A stretch of 64,000 bases of DNA from Octopus sinensis. Lineage: Eukaryota. Below the pieces are notes generated by a model. It was not told the origin of the DNA and ran no database searches. It worked only from the letters and a program-made list of their open reading frames with translations. The first letter of the stretch is position 1. Every line of letters begins with the position of its first letter. Positions 1 through 15,069 of this stretch are shown piece after piece. The translations under genes and the position numbers were made by a program. The stretch is taken from positions 31,806,001 to 31,870,000 of the forward strand of contig NC_043005.1 of the NCBI RefSeq assembly GCF_006345805.1, in the 5' to 3' direction.

Positions 1-5
1 ATATA

Positions 6-62
<57 letters not shown>
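1..62. repeat. (ATT)n microsatellite
   Basis: Uninterrupted ATT repeats at the window start. Confidence 0.95.
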
Positions 63-64
<2 letters not shown>

Positions 65-70
65 TGTCAA

Positions 71-190
71 CGATAGAATAAGTATCAGGCTTACAAAAAA
101 TATGTCCTGGGCTCGATGTGCTCGACTAAAGGTGGTGCTCCAGCATGGCCACAGTCAAATAACTGAAACGAGTAAAAGAGTAAAGAGTAG
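71..190 (+). mobile_element. SINE family A, 3' fragment
   Basis: GATAGAATAAGT...GGTGCTCCAGCATGGCCACAGTCAAATAACTGAAAC...AAAAGAG matches the 3' half of the fuller copies at 50987 and 52516. Confidence 0.8.
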
Positions 191-654
191 CCATACTGAA
201 AGTAGCAGTATGGAAGACGTATGTAAGAGGTATAGCGACAGGTACCTTCGTCTCCGGTCAGGGGTTGGTTAACTTCTTTAATTACCACCTCGACAGCAAT
301 ATCAGGCTGGAGAAGATAGACCTGTCACAGGATATGTTCGCGAAAAGATGTAAGGACGTAGTGAACAAGCTGTGAGTGGCTGGAACCAAGTAAGTGGGGC
401 CAGAAAGAAACGTAAAGGCTTGAACCTGGCGGTTGGATGCCTTTCCTACAGTCACACATTGCAAAATATGCAATGATCACCAAGTTTATATTGAAATTTT
501 TAGAAGAAAAAAATGATAATTTTTAACAACATGGCATTTATATTTTATCATTCCAAACTTGTTCATTCGTAATAAGCAAATTCTTTACCCTCTATGTCTG
601 TCTGTTCTTGTTTGTCCCATCTATGTACAGCTTCCATAGCCAATTTATGAAATA

Positions 655-804
655 AACAAGCTTGCTTCCCAACCAAATGGTTTTGGGTTCAGTCTCACTG
701 CGTGGCACCTTAAGAAAGTGTCTTCTACAATAACCTCGGGCCGACCAAAGCCTTGTATGTGGATTTGATAGTCGGAAACTGAAAGAAACCCGTCGTGTGT
801 GTGT

Positions 805-843
<39 letters not shown>

Positions 844-1040
844 ACCCTCCACCATCGCTTGACAGCCGATGTTGGTGTGTTTACGTCCCCGTAACTTAGC
901 GGTTCGGCAAAAGAGACCGATAGAATAAGTAGTAGGCTTACAAAGATTAAGTCCTGGGGTCGATTTCTTCGACTAAAAGGCGGTGCTTCAGCATGGCCGC
1001 ACTCAAATGACTGAAACAAGTAAAAGAGTAAAAGAGTAAA
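655..1040 (+). mobile_element. SINE family A (tRNA-derived head, central microsatellite, LINE-like tail)
   Basis: B-box-like GGTTCAGTCTC, conserved body, (GT)n at about 795-840, tail ending GTAAAAGAGTAAAAGAG. Colinear with other copies in the window. Confidence 0.85.
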
Positions 1041-1610
1041 CAAATAGACAGACACAAGTACAATGTAAAGAAATTCAACCAAGCGCAGGTTAAGAATGGT
1101 ATTAGTCCATCCAATCAGAGTGAACTAATTAGACTATAACTTGGAACCGATAGTATTTATAATACTTTTCCATTTTTTATAGTCGTTAACTGTTGGGCTG
1201 CTGAGTAGAGTAGGGCCGGCCATTACATTTTCGGCAATAGAGCAGCCCCGGGCAACATCTTTGTACTGTTATCTGGAGAGTGTTTTATCAGTGACGCTCT
1301 CATGAGCCTGTTTGAATCGTCGACGAGTTGTGTGCTTCCGAAAGAACATGCTATACTATTGATCTGAGCAGCAAATATCAACAGTCTCCCTTGGTGGGTA
1401 TCGTGTTTGACTCCAGGGCCTGGTAACATGGATGCCCTTTGCCTTAAGGCACAGGTGAAAGCACAGGTACTCGACACAACTACAAAAAGGTGCGCCTACT
1501 AATTGAGTGAGTTCAGGTAAATATGCGAAGCTGTTTTGTCTGACGATAGAACTATGTAAAAATAAGAAAAGGCAGCGAGATCACCAGGACTACAGATACG
1601 TGTGTATTCA

Positions 1611-1613
<3 letters not shown>

Positions 1614-1696
<83 letters not shown>

Positions 1697-1698
1697 CA
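1614..1698. repeat. (GT)n microsatellite
   Basis: Long GT run ending in a short (GC)n. Confidence 0.95.
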
Positions 1699-4634
1699 TA
1701 TAGTAAAATGTTGCATGGAAACAGGAAAAAGCACTTAAAAGACGTGGACACGTTCTTTCCTGATTAGTTATCTGCCAAAAATCATCACAATTTTGACGCC
1801 TTGTGGATAATATTACCCAATTTGATGGTGTCAACAGCAAAACGCTACTGGGATTTAAATGAGCGAACAGGAAGGACAGAATGAGATAAAAACAAAAAGA
1901 TGAAGTCTGAAGACCGAACGGTAGAAGTGACGAGTTGTGAGGACAAGAAAAGATATAGCACGAAAAAGCAAAGACAGTGACGAAATTATAAACACATGTA
2001 ATTTTATACTTATACATAGATGGTCTTCCGGCTATACGACAGAATCAAGACAAGATATCTACCAACGTAATACTAATAGAAAATAAACATGGTCCTTAGA
2101 AACACATACGTAGAAAAATAAGGCAAACCAAGAGTTCCATACCTCCCATCTCTGGAGACCACTTGTGTTTGATAACCGTCCAGTTAACTAATATCTTGTG
2201 AAAAACCAATTGACAAGGTCTGCTGTAATGGATTTGTAATACGTGTATTTTGATTAATATAAATATATACATGCATACATAAATACATACAGACATACAC
2301 ACATTTTTTGTTGTTGTTTTGTTTATTTAACATAGAAACACAAGAATCCAAATAATGTATGCTGATTTCCGAAGTGTTCGAATTATGACCATTTTGCTTT
2401 GATAAAGACAAGTGAAGTTGCTTAATTTATGGATATCTGAATTTGTCTAATTATTATCTAATCAACGTGGGACCATTTATCACATTGTTGTTTAAAGATT
2501 TCTTTCTTTTATAATGGATGTCAGACATCGGACGGAGTAAAAATATCCCAACAAAAGACAAACTTATCTATACCTTAAACTTCATTAATTTAATAACAGC
2601 CTAAATGAAAATAAAACTACGTGGTTGTATTCATGAGAAAGTAGTCATTTGTGTTTATATCTAGTAAAGTTGTGACGTAGAAAGGTGGGGGTATGTAGCA
2701 GAGGGGATTTGTGGAAAGCCAGGAACTCGAATGACTTGGAATGGCATAAAAATCTAAAATTAGTTTATTTGTTCTTATTCACATGCAACGTTTGAATAAT
2801 CCTATTCGATAAAAATACACGAATTAATGCTAAGTGGCGGAAAGAGGAATACCAACGTAGTTGAAAAAGAAAAGAGGAAAACAAAGACATAGAATGAAGG
2901 AATGAAATTTACGAAGATTTATAAAATAAGCAATGGACAGCGGTATCTGTAGATGAGAATTAGAGTCGGGTTGAAGTGTAGACAAATAATGAATAGATTA
3001 GTGAGAGAAAGAAAACGATTGAAAGAGGGGTTATGATGAATGAAAGAAAATGAAGAAAAAATGAAAGATAAAGTTATAGAATTAGATCATTAGATCGGTG
3101 TAAATAACACTGGAAATATCTCCTTTCTTTAGACAAATATCCCTAAACTTCGGTCTCACTGAAACCCCAATTATTGCATCATAATATTATGCAACCCACA
3201 CTCTATATTCCGAATTAGTTGTCGTTCAGCTCCAGACTAGCTTTGATCAAGCACAAATATAACCGAAAAACATTCTGCAATCGTCATTTTGTATATAATT
3301 TTTTCAAATATGGTGCATTTAGGATCTTACTATCTGAGGTGTTGTGGTGAGTGGATGTTCTTACGAAAAATCTACTCTACCAGCCAACCTCTTCTCACAA
3401 ATGCTTTTCAGAAACAAAATTTTTTTAATTGCTGCTTTAGAATCTTTCTTTCCACTCACCTTTAAATTCATAATCTACGCTCAATACCAATTTCTGAACT
3501 CCAACTACCACAAAGTCACCTCCCACACTGACACAAGTGACCGTGTTAAGGTCAAACAATTCATTATTTTGAACATTCTCTCAAATTGTCACCTCACATA
3601 TCCAACCATTTAGCCAGTCATCAATAATGTCTCTGCTTCCATCATCTAATTACTACCTAACGAAGATCTCATATTTTCCTAATGCACAACTTAATTTTCT
3701 TCTTCCAAACTTTCCTTGGTTTTCTACAGCCCCACCAGTTTTCTACAGCCTACAACTTTCAACAAATAGGTTTCATCCTCGATCCATGACATAAAGTTCC
3801 ACTTCAACAAAGCAAAAATATTTCTTGCATTAGTATCTGAACAAGTTGCTATTTTGTGTGTATGTGTGTGCGTGTGTGTGTGTGTGCGTGTTTGCGTACA
3901 TATATGTATTATAAATGGTACAAACAATAAGACAAAATACAACACAGGACAGACAACTTCTAACAAATACTGTATTAGGTCAACGCTTGAAAGAAAGGAA
4001 GAGTCTTAACATTCCGGATATTAGTTCTTCATTGGAAGGCAAAGAAAAGCTTAGGAAGCATAGGAGGAGTGAGAAAGGGGATATATATATAAATTAAGAA
4101 ATGGAGTCAAATCATTTCGACATATGTTTCGAAAAAAGCATTGATATTATTCCAGAGGGAATTAAAATGATGTAAAATAATGCAATCATCTCGTCAGGGA
4201 AAAAAAAGAGAAAGAAAATACATCAATAAGCCATTTTAACCGAATGTGATTACTGTGTATATGATGAAAAAATATGTTAATAGATTTAACGTAAAAGGTA
4301 ATTTAGAGGAGGAGGAGGAGAAAGAAAGAAATTAACAGAAAATTAAGAGTGGAGAAATATAGTGTGATAGATGAATGGGAATAAAGCTTAAAAACGTGTA
4401 AATATATATATGTATTGGAAATGAAATGTAAGAAGACAGCTAAAGGTCGAATTTTACAGATTGGTAGAAATTACTTATAGGAAGTAAAGGTATGTTTTTG
4501 CCAATGTTTACAACAATAAACCTGTTCTTTAAACTTGTTTACAAGAATATTCTCCGAGAAAAGGATGAGAAATTGTTCTTCGTTACGGAGTGGACAAAAA
4601 GATTTACTTTGTCATGTGGCAAGGATCTAGATAG

Positions 4635-5285
4635 AGTCTGATACACGATATCTTTTACATAACCCCATAAAAAGAAGTCCAAGGGAGTGACATCTGGCGA
4701 ACGCAGTTGCCATGGAATTGGCCCATCCCTCCCAATCTATCGGTCTGGAAATGTTTGATTGAGGAACTGACGAACATGCCGTCCTCAATATCGTGGTGCA
4801 CCATCTTGCTGGAAAATGATGGCTGGTTGTAAATCAATCAGTTGTGGTGCCACATATTCGGTCAGAAGGTTGAAGTAAACATCTGCAGTAATTGTTGCCT
4901 CGTTGAGGAAAAATGGACCAATTATTCGATTGCACATGATTCCACACCACACATTCACTTTTGGACTATCTCGTTGAAGCTCCCTAGTCATATGGGGGTG
5001 TTCTGATCCCCGGATTCTCACATTGTTTCTGTTTAATTTCCCTGAAACATGAAAGTCGCCACGTCACTAAAACAAACTCACTTGAGGAATGCTTCATCTT
5101 CATTTTATAGGGGTTCAGTGAATCAGTTCCCTTCCATCAACAGAGTATCTGAAAAACAAAACTTTAATATCAATAAAAACTTTAATAAACAATTATTTAA
5201 ATAAAATAAATCTGGTTAAAATATCTCATCAACTGCCTTTGTAATAATTTCTTTAAATTGTAAAGAGACTTTATGGATACCCTGT
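4635..5285 (-). mobile_element. Tc1/mariner-superfamily transposase remnant with one TIR
   Basis: Minus-strand peptides KVNVWCGI...IGPFF...IIFQQDGAP and SPDVTPLDFFLWGYVKD are DDD/E catalytic motifs. The TIR-like end TA|CAGGGTATCCATAAAGTC lies at about 5285. Frameshifted and truncated. Confidence 0.85.
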
Positions 5286-5301
5286 ATATTCGTTATACAA
5301 G

Positions 5302-5335
<34 letters not shown>

Positions 5336-5608
5336 TAGTAAGGGTTATAATAATCCATGGAAGGAATTTATAAATGTTTTAATCTATCGCTACTCGCGTT
5401 TCTGCAAACCACATGTATTTTGTGACCATAGTACGATTTCCTGAGATGATTACAGGCCAATCTGTAATATCAATGGACATAGGGTGGGTCTTTGTGCATG
5501 CGTTCATTTCTTCATGTAATATAACTGAAAGATGTTTATCAATATTCGCCAATCAAAAGGTCCACTGGGGTATGTGGGCGGTCCAGTGTGTATTTGGATT
5601 AACAGAGA

Positions 5609-5666
<58 letters not shown>

Positions 5667-7130
5667 AAATACATAACCGTAAGAGCTACTAATAGTTTCA
5701 TGCTGTTATGATACTTGAACAGGAATATTTATAAAATATGCCATGTACCTTAAAGCAACACTTCAGGCTCCGTTTATGCGTTATATATATTTTAAAAATA
5801 AACACGCTGGACGAAATAAGATATAACGTAGTAAAAAATGTGAAGTTTAGTGCAAAAATTGGAACGAGAAAAAGGAAACAGAATCAAGAAAACAAACATT
5901 CTCGTCTCCCCTGGTTGCGGAAAGTTCGTTAAATACAACTGATTCAGAACAAAATAACAGAAAATATGTCAAAGTCTGCGGCGTCATCGGTCGCGGTGGC
6001 ACCAGTCGCGGTGGTGCCGGTCGCGACGGCACCGGCGGCGATGGCAGCGGTGGGTTTTGATTGTAGTCGTTGTGAGGGTCAAGAGTGAAATGATCTTTAA
6101 GGTTGTTATAATGAGGAAAATGTTAGTGCTAACGATGACAACAATGGTGAGGAGGATGGGATGAGGAGGATGAGGAAGAGGATGGGTGGATGAGGATGGG
6201 GTGAATATGGGGGTGATATTATATTGATAGCACTGTTGAAATTATTAATACTGATGTGATCAAGGGAAAGGAGGAAGAAGCAAGGAAAGGAAGAATAAGA
6301 AGAAATAGAAGTGTATGAAGAATGATGGTTCCTTCTGCAATTTGAATTGTGGTGGTGGTAATGAAGAGGAGGGGAGAGAGGAGTCGGTGGTGATGTTCAT
6401 ATGTAGTAGTAGTGATAGGGAGAGGAGGAGGACGACGACGATGACGAGGAGGAGGAGGAATTGTCAGTGTTATCTCGCCCTCCTTGATACAACCCCTACA
6501 ATCTTGTCTCGGGGAAGGTCATAATTAGACCATACGTAACTAGATTATGTTAATCTGAGATTAACTATTTCAGCCTACCTTATCTAATATGTTCCTCCAT
6601 TTTGAAGATGGTAGAATGTAGCTTGAGGGAGATTTGGCTACTATTTCTAGCAAGCCAAGCAACCACATAAAGAACCCTTCATTGGTTTGCTGGTGATTTT
6701 GTGGCTATGGCCGAAGAGTGATAGGTATAATGACTATGATGATAATTTTGTTTGTGTAAGACAGAAAACAGTTTGTCTATGAATAAGACTATAAAAGTGG
6801 TCGACTGACTCGATGCTAATATATTATTAGCGCAACTTATTTTGTCAAAGTCTCACTTTCATAGTAACAGACCTCTTTCTGATTTCAAGCCCGTATCACA
6901 TCCTCATCTCTTCCCTTCCTCAACTTCTTTTTATGACTTGGAAGTAAATGTTTCTTTCTTCATAGTTTTGTCCGCTGTCCAGAGTCATTCTTTCTTCTCA
7001 TCTGTTTATCTATTTCTCTATCCTCTTCTTTATCTCTCTCTCTCTCTCTCTCTTTTTCTCTCAGTATATAAATATATATGTGTGTGTGTGTATGTATATT
7101 TATGTGTGTATGTGTGTGTATATGGGTATG

Positions 7131-7230
<100 letters not shown>

Positions 7231-7282
7231 TGTGTATGTGTACAGACAAACTATATGTGTATGTGTATATATATATATTCAT

Positions 7283-7852
<570 letters not shown>

Positions 7853-8699
7853 GTATATACATAATACATACATACAGACAGACATATGTGTATGTGTGTG
7901 TGTTTGCGCGTGTTTGTGTGCGCGCGCGCGTTTGTGTGTGCGTAGCTATCTCTGTTTATTTTGATTGCAGGTATTTCCTGAGTATACGCCCAGCTGCCAA
8001 AAGCTGGATATTTTATTGTCATCAAGAAGTATATTAAATTTCCTTTGACTTTCTTTAATGGCCTTTATAGTATGTGACCTCTCTTAATGAGATCAATATT
8101 ACGTGGCATCGCTCAGAAGAAGTGATACATGTTATTAATGTGACAATTCCTTGAGACATTAAACGTTTCGTGGTTCTAAATAAACTTTCGTCTCAACTTA
8201 TTTTTGATTTGTTCTTTCAATTTGTTCTTCCAATAATAAACTCCATCTGTAAGTCTAACATACTGAAATCACTAACAGCTATGTTTATACCATCATGTTT
8301 GTACCACCATGGTTGTACTGCTATGTTTAGTTCAGTTTAATAACGTATTTTTATTTTGTTTTGTTTTTTGTCTGGTTTCAGTCCTTTCAAGTTGTTTTTT
8401 CTGGTTATATGCCTACTAAAGTACGTCGCCCTCTCTGTGCACCACTGTATCGTAATATTTCGTTCCTTCATTATTATTGCTATTATTACATCATTTTCTT
8501 CCGACTATATCCTCGTTCAAAATTTTATATCTGTCTTACAAGCTGCGAGAATCTGTTGAGCGTAGGACAAAATACTTTGTAGCGGACACTCCAAATCTCG
8601 TCAGCTTTGCCTTTCACCTTTTCAAGGTTAATAAAATAAAGTACTAGTCACTTACTTGTATCTTACGCCTAAATCAGAAACCTTTATTATTTTCATTAT

Positions 8700-8709
8700 G
8701 GTTGTGGTT

Positions 8710-8740
<31 letters not shown>

Positions 8741-8741
8741 C

Positions 8742-8794
<53 letters not shown>

Positions 8795-8805
8795 CTGCTG
8801 CTGTT
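8700..8805. repeat. (GTT)n microsatellite
   Basis: GTT repeats with a few GCT variants. Confidence 0.9.
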
Positions 8806-8857
8806 GTTTTCATGTACACTTAACGGATTAGACTGTTGAAGAAGTAAAGGAAAAAAT

Positions 8858-9042
8858 GGCGGCGAGCTGGCAGAATCGTTAGCATATGTCACTACGTTCT
8901 GATTTCTAATTCCACCGAGGTCGACTTTACCTTTCGTCCTTTCGGGGTCGATAAATTAAGTACCAATTGCGTACTGGAGTCGATCTAATCGACTGGCACC
9001 CTCCACTCAAAATTTAAGGCCTTGTGCCTATAGTAGAAAGGA
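8858..9042 (+). mobile_element. SINE family B
   Basis: GGCGGCGAGCTGGCAGAATCGTTAGC head and body CCGAGGTCGACTTTACCTTTCGTCCTTTCGGGGTCGATAAATTAAGTACC, shared with 15070 and 48235. Confidence 0.75.
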
Positions 9043-9049
9043 AAAGAAA

Positions 9050-10800
9050 AGAATCTTAGCATCCAAGAATCCGCCTATTAGGTTACAGCAAATAACCTTA
9101 GAACCCAAGAACCCTCCTAAGTATCCTAGCTGTCATTAATAACACTGGTTCCTGGAGCTGCACTAAACTGGTTTTTATGCCTGTTTCCTCTATCCATTTG
9201 ATCGGATCTTTACGGATAGTTCCCAATGCACCTATAACTACTGGGATACATTTTACCCGCACCTTCCATAGTCTCTGTAATTCAGTTGCTAGGTTCTAGC
9301 TATGTCCTGGTACTTAACTATTTTTTCTATAACTCTCATATTAATTTTTTCATCATTTGGGACTGTAGAGTCAATTATCTGGCACTTTCTATTCTCTTTA
9401 CTACTACCAAATCAGGCTTTCTAGCTTCTCTCTCAGTCTGAATTTGAAAGTACCACAACATCTTACTTTCTCCTACTGTACTAGGTTCGTGTTCATACTA
9501 TTTATCAGTATGTTCAAGTCCTAGCTTTCTATATAGCTTCCAGTGGAACTCTCGCCCTAGAGTGTCATGTCTTTTCTTGTATTCTTTCTATGCCAGCATA
9601 CTACATTCTCTTACTATATGAGTGACGCTTTCCTCTTTTGATTTGCATAATATTCATTTTAAGAGTCTACTTGGTTTTTGTCTATCTTGGCTTTTATATA
9701 TTTAGTCCTTAATGTTTGATCCTGTGCTGCTACTGACAAACTTTCTGTCTCCCTCTTCAACTTTCCTTTCTGTAACAATAACTATATCTCACTATTACTA
9801 CTTGCTGCAACTATCTTTGAGAATCTACCATACAGCGCGTTGTCCAGCAAGACAGATAATTTTTGTTCTTTTCTCTGGTTTTTAACTTCGTTTGGGTTTT
9901 TGGTTTCTCTATATCTTACTGTAACTCGAGCAGTTTTTAATAAACTTTCTTCACTATTATCCACATAGGAGTCTATATCTACTTTACCTAACTCCACGCA
10001 ATCTTCCACTGATATTAGCCCTCTTCCGCCTTCCTTTCTAGGTAGGTATAATACTGCTACTCCTGCCCTTGGGTGGAGTCCTCCATTCATATTGACTTCC
10101 TTCGTAGTTCGTCTGTCTAGCTTTGCTAATTCAGTTTTTGTCCAATCTACAAAAGCTGCTAAGTTTCTAAGTAATAATAGTGCCCAAGTATTTACAATCT
10201 GCACTAGATTCGGACCATTTAGCTTAGACTACATTAGCTTCGATGTACTCCTCAATTTTCGTGTTCGTTTCTGTAGTTAGTACTCTGTCAGATTCTAATA
10301 CTCCAAGATACTTATAACTTTCTCCTCCTTTCAATGATTTTAATGTCTGGCCATCTAGTAATTGGATGCCTTCGCTGTTGACTACCTTGCTCTTTTTCAT
10401 GACTAATATTGCACAATTATCTATGCAAAATTCTATGCCTATATCTTTTCTGACGAGTCTTACAGTCTGTATTCATGAATCTAACTCTTTTTCATTCTTA
10501 CTAAAAACTTCAGATCATCCATGTAGAACAAATGGTTAATTTTTCCATTACTATTTTTGAACTGATACCCTGCCTTGGCCTTCCTTAATACGAAACTGGG
10601 GAGAATTAAATATAAGAAAAATATTAAAGGGGACATCGAGTCCCCCTGGAAAATTCCTCTTTTGATATTAACTTTCCCTAAGAGTGTGTCACCCGAGTAG
10701 AGGTCTACTTTCCATTTCTTCATGCTAAAGTTAATCAATTCTTGAATTTTTAATGTTCTAAAGTATTCCAGGGAAAATTCCTTCCCCATAATTCTTTTGA
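9050..10800 (-). mobile_element. R4/Dong-like non-LTR retrotransposon remnant (RT, CCHC finger, RLE region)
   Basis: RGIFQGDSMSPL, HLFYMDDLK, LYLPRKEGGRGL, a C-x2-C..H..C-like finger (LCKSKEESVTHIVREC...KRHD) and GALG near the C-terminus. Multiple stops and frameshifts. Confidence 0.85.
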
Positions 10801-12037
10801 ACGTAGAGTTAATATTTTAGTAAAGTTGCTAGCGAAGTGGTTGGCTCTTGTCTTCGCCAGTGTTGTAGAAACTGCGAAGACACAGGTATATCCATCTCAC
10901 GAGAAACATCTATGACTTGGCTCTGGTCGGATTCTGATCCACTTGAATAAAACCAAAGAATTTAATAGGATCGTCCCTAGTACTTCATGGTGTTCTTCGG
11001 TGTAACCGTTTCTACGCCGGCTTCAAAGATTGGATTGCCTTATTATAAAGCGGTGAACTGGCTAAACAGTTACATATCAAGATCGATTTAATCGATCTTA
11101 CCCTTCCAGCTTTGTGCCAATATTAGAAAGCAATATAAAACTTATTGGATAATACAGTTTTAGTGCAGCAATATTTAAAGTCCTTTTATATCTTGAAACT
11201 CAAATCCTGGCGGAATTAATTTACCTTTTTAAGCTTGTGTACTCGATAAGCTTATTGACAGTATTATACAAGAATTGTTTCAATCGACAAATATTCCATC
11301 TTCTCTAAAATAAATAATGGCCATATCCCGATGTCAGCAAACATTGTCTGGCGATGTTCATTACATTTCAAATAACTAATGGCCTATCAGATCTTAAATC
11401 AGCTTTTCATGCAGGATTTAATGAAAATTCGATTTTGCTATATTGATTTCCATTAGGTGGGGATATCTGATGTTCCAACCTTTCAAATGACTACATTTTA
11501 TTTTAACAGAGATTACGTGTAGCATAACAATCCATATGATTTTTGAGGATGTTTAAATCATGTATGTTGTTCTGCTTTTCACCTATAATCAAAATTTAGA
11601 AAATTTAGTTTTAATGCCATTCCAGAAAAAGATAGAGGAAGATATTTTAAAACTCATTGCAGTTCACAGTTGACCTCCTCGGAAAGCCAAAAATCGGGAG
11701 GGTGGTCTATTCCAGGGAAGGGACGGAGAGTACAGTAGCAACAATACACGGTAACCTCGGAAGAGATATTCCCCTGGAAGTTTTTCATTTCTCACTGCAA
11801 ACGCTCAAGCCTTCACATTCATTTCAAAATTGCAAACTTCACTCTCAACGAAGTGAGTACAGTGGTGGCAAAACAGGATCTGTTGCAGAACCATCTGACA
11901 TCACTTACAAGATTTACAAAAACTGCTTTTACGAACTTAAGACTTTTACGAACGACCTGGAAGAAGAAAAAAATCTTGGCTCTAAAAACTTACCTAGTGC
12001 TATTTTGTCTCAAAAGAAGAAAATTCAGTAGGACTTG

Positions 12038-12369
12038 ATCAGTCTCGAGAGATTTTCTGGTCAATCAGTAACAAAATATTAACAACAGATCTACTCGCCG
12101 CCAAGAGCATTGATATGAGTATCCAAAAAGGATATGTACATCACTAAGGAGGCAAAGAGGAATAACAACTCACTTTCTGTGTTCTAGTTAGATATCACCA
12201 AATCAGTCTCGAGAGATTTTCTGGTCAATCAGTGACAAAATATTAACAACAGATCTACTCGCCGCCAAGAGCATTGATATGAGTATCCAAAAAGGATATG
12301 CACATCACTAAGGAGGCAAAGAGGAATAACAACTCACTTTCTGTGTTCTAGTTAGATATCACCAAATCA
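12038..12369. repeat. Tandem duplication, 164-bp unit x2
   Basis: The unit starts ATCAGTCTCGAGAG at 12038 and again at 12202; the two units are near-identical. Confidence 0.95.
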
Positions 12370-12860
12370 CTAAATGTGCTTCACCAGCTAATCCAATTTA
12401 CGTTAGAGTAGGATCAAATACTAGAATCAGCAGTCAAGCTCACAATGTTGCACATGGATTTGCTGAAGATGAGACTCGCCGTGGGAAATTTCATCACTAA
12501 ATGACAGAGGCTTGAAAAGGGCATTATGGCAGGTTGTACAATATCCGTAGTCCTGCTATAGATGGGAGGAAAACATGCTAGAGGTTCAGGAACTGATCAT
12601 GATACAGGGTATCCATCCTGCAGAAAGTGCAATGATCTCCAAGACCGCCTACGGTAAGTTGAAATGTGGAAGTTGTGGAAGAGGATACCCGAAACTTTAT
12701 TTTAAGGATATCGTCAACGAAGTCCCAGTGAAACGGTTGGCTCGGTTGCGACCGCATGAGAGAAGACAGGGACTGGCCGTAATAAAGGAAGGTGTAAATC
12801 TTGGAGAATCGAATTACGCAAGACAACAAAAACAAAAGAGAAAGAAACCTAAAACAAGAT
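12370..12860 (+). mobile_element. Heavily decayed LINE-like coding remnant (possibly RTE-type C-terminus)
   Basis: GRGYPKLYFKDIV resembles the GRP..R..D.I motif near LINE ORF ends. Weak. Confidence 0.3.
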
Positions 12861-14064
12861 GAACAACACCGAGTCCTTCGAGAATATTCCACAATATCTA
12901 CTGTCATGGTGGTACTTCCACATTTGGCCTAAAGTGCCAAAAGAGAAAACAAAAATTTGTGAATAAGATTTCTTGTTTATATTTGAAAAGAAAATCATTC
13001 TTTTCTGCTATCAGTTCGTTCTCGACTACAAGAAAGAGGTGGGAGAATGCAGTCTATAATGGTAGTTAATCAATATTAATTCAAAGCATATCAGACATTG
13101 TCTGTGTGATTAGTGCACGTATGACGCATCATACTTTATTTAAAATGGACAGAAGATAATGGTGTAATATGCAAATAGCGCCATTTGCAAACAACCATAG
13201 CAACACACATCCTAAAATAGATTTAGACCAATTAGGAGAGATTACATTGAAATCTCTGAATAAATTGCAATTTGTCAAAGAGATTTATTTAAAGATTATC
13301 ATCATCGTCATTATTATTATTTCGTATATGGGTTTAGGGACAGGAATACGGATTTCATAAACTGTATTGATGACAAGGAAAAAATCGAGATTGGATTCAT
13401 GATCGGCTGATTTCAATTAATAAGTTATTCAATAACTAACTTTTGAATCGTTTTCTCTGTTGAAGAAGGTAATCAGTCACTAGAGCAATGATAGCCGAGT
13501 TGATAGGTTTACAGACAATCAACCAAGGGATCACAGATTAATGTTTTTCCCACATTTATTGTTCAGATCTTTGGTTCTGGTTGTGTCGAAGAATTGGTTC
13601 CATCTTCACTTGTGTTGGTTATTGCCTAAAGATTCACGTTTCTACATATTGGTTGCCAACTTTGCAAATTTTCATCAAGTATGGCTAGTCCACCGAGGTT
13701 GATACTGCTAAATCATAGTTTCAATACAGAATTTATTGGCTTCCGTAGAGGTACTGACATTTCTCCGTCTGTTCTGCCACTGTATATTCATAACTTTCAA
13801 ATACAGATGAGACTAAAAGAAAGAGCAGAAAGCCAGTTACACCTCCCTGCTAAACTTCACTTCTTGCCGTAAATTGTTGTGGAAGTCTGGCTTCTCACTT
13901 CGGCTTTCATATTGCGCGGGAGCAGAAGCTGTGTAATTTCGATGAATATCAGTAAGTAGTGCTTCAATATTTAAGAATCGACTGCTCTAACAGGATCATA
14001 GAAAACCATGTACAACATTAACTTTTCTTGTAGCTGGCGAGAGAGGGTCATATTAGTTGCATCT

Positions 14065-14359
14065 ATGTTGTTGTTTGTTGTTTGTTCCTTCTCGAACCAT
14101 GCCTGGCTCATAAGAGCCTGTTTCCCAGTTACATTGGCGCATAGGTTCCCCACCTTGAGGGGACACTGGTCCGTTGCAGGTGAGCTGCTAGATGCAGGAG
14201 GAAAGAGTGAGAGAAAGTTGTGGCGAAAGAGTTAGCAAAAGTTCGCCATTACCTTCTGCCGGAGCCGCGTGGAGTTTAGATGCTTCGCCCAGTTTGAGAT
14301 TCGAACCCTCGATCACTCGACTGCGAGTCTACTGCTCTAACCACTAGGCCATGTGCCTC
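14065..14359 (-). mobile_element. SINE family C (tRNA-derived head)
   Basis: Minus strand GGCACATGGCCTAGTGGTTAGAGCAGTAGACTCGCAG...GGGTTCGAATCTC gives A and B boxes; (AAC)-rich tail at about 14065-14085. Confidence 0.75.
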
Positions 14360-15069
14360 TACAATTGTATCTATAAGAGGTTGAAAACCAGATTGAGATG
14401 ATTCAATGTGTCACCCATAGGGAGATGAGTAAGGTGAGTAGAATTCGAAACAGAATTTTTACCAGCAGCTGGTAAAAGCAAGATTCCCCTGTGGCTGCCA
14501 TAATATGATTTGTTTCTCTAGGAGATAGCAATAATGGTTGCTCCTCTGATACCTGCTAGTATCTCTTCTCGCGTCTAGATTAGCATTAACAGTGTTGGGA
14601 GCTTTGTTATAAGTACTTCAGTCTCAGGTTAATATATCTCAACCAAAATATGATAGGACCGAGTGCTTTTTTTAGAGAATTGATTGTTTTTTCGTTTTTG
14701 ATTTTTATATTTTTTAAATGTTGGACCTATCCAGAGATCGTTGACTTGTAGAGGCACAATTCAGCAACTGTTCGAGTGACGGCTGCTGGTTACTTTACGT
14801 TATGACGAGAATCGTGACAACCTCTGTGAGAATGGACTAGCCGAACTCGTATAAGCAGTTGCGTGTTTGACAGAGCGAGAGATGAGAAACAGCAGGAAGT
14901 CGAAAGGTGTCGTTCGTGAGTTCGAAGAATAGCAGGAAATTGTTGAGAAGTTGTTATAGTTCGTTGAGAGTTGTTTTAGATTGGTTACAGTTGTTGGCAG
15001 AGTATTTGGGAATACATCAAGTGGAGACAGCTGGGGTCTATCCCGTTCCGTGGTACTATATATCACACT

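Noticed and set aside
1223-1477. 84-aa ORF as an exon or LINE endonuclease remnant
   Set aside because: Only a faint TQLV..R..SLI resemblance; no supporting motifs or splice evidence.
11657-12031. 124-aa ORF as a host gene
   Set aside because: No recognisable domain, and it runs into a tandem duplication and decayed repeat sequence.
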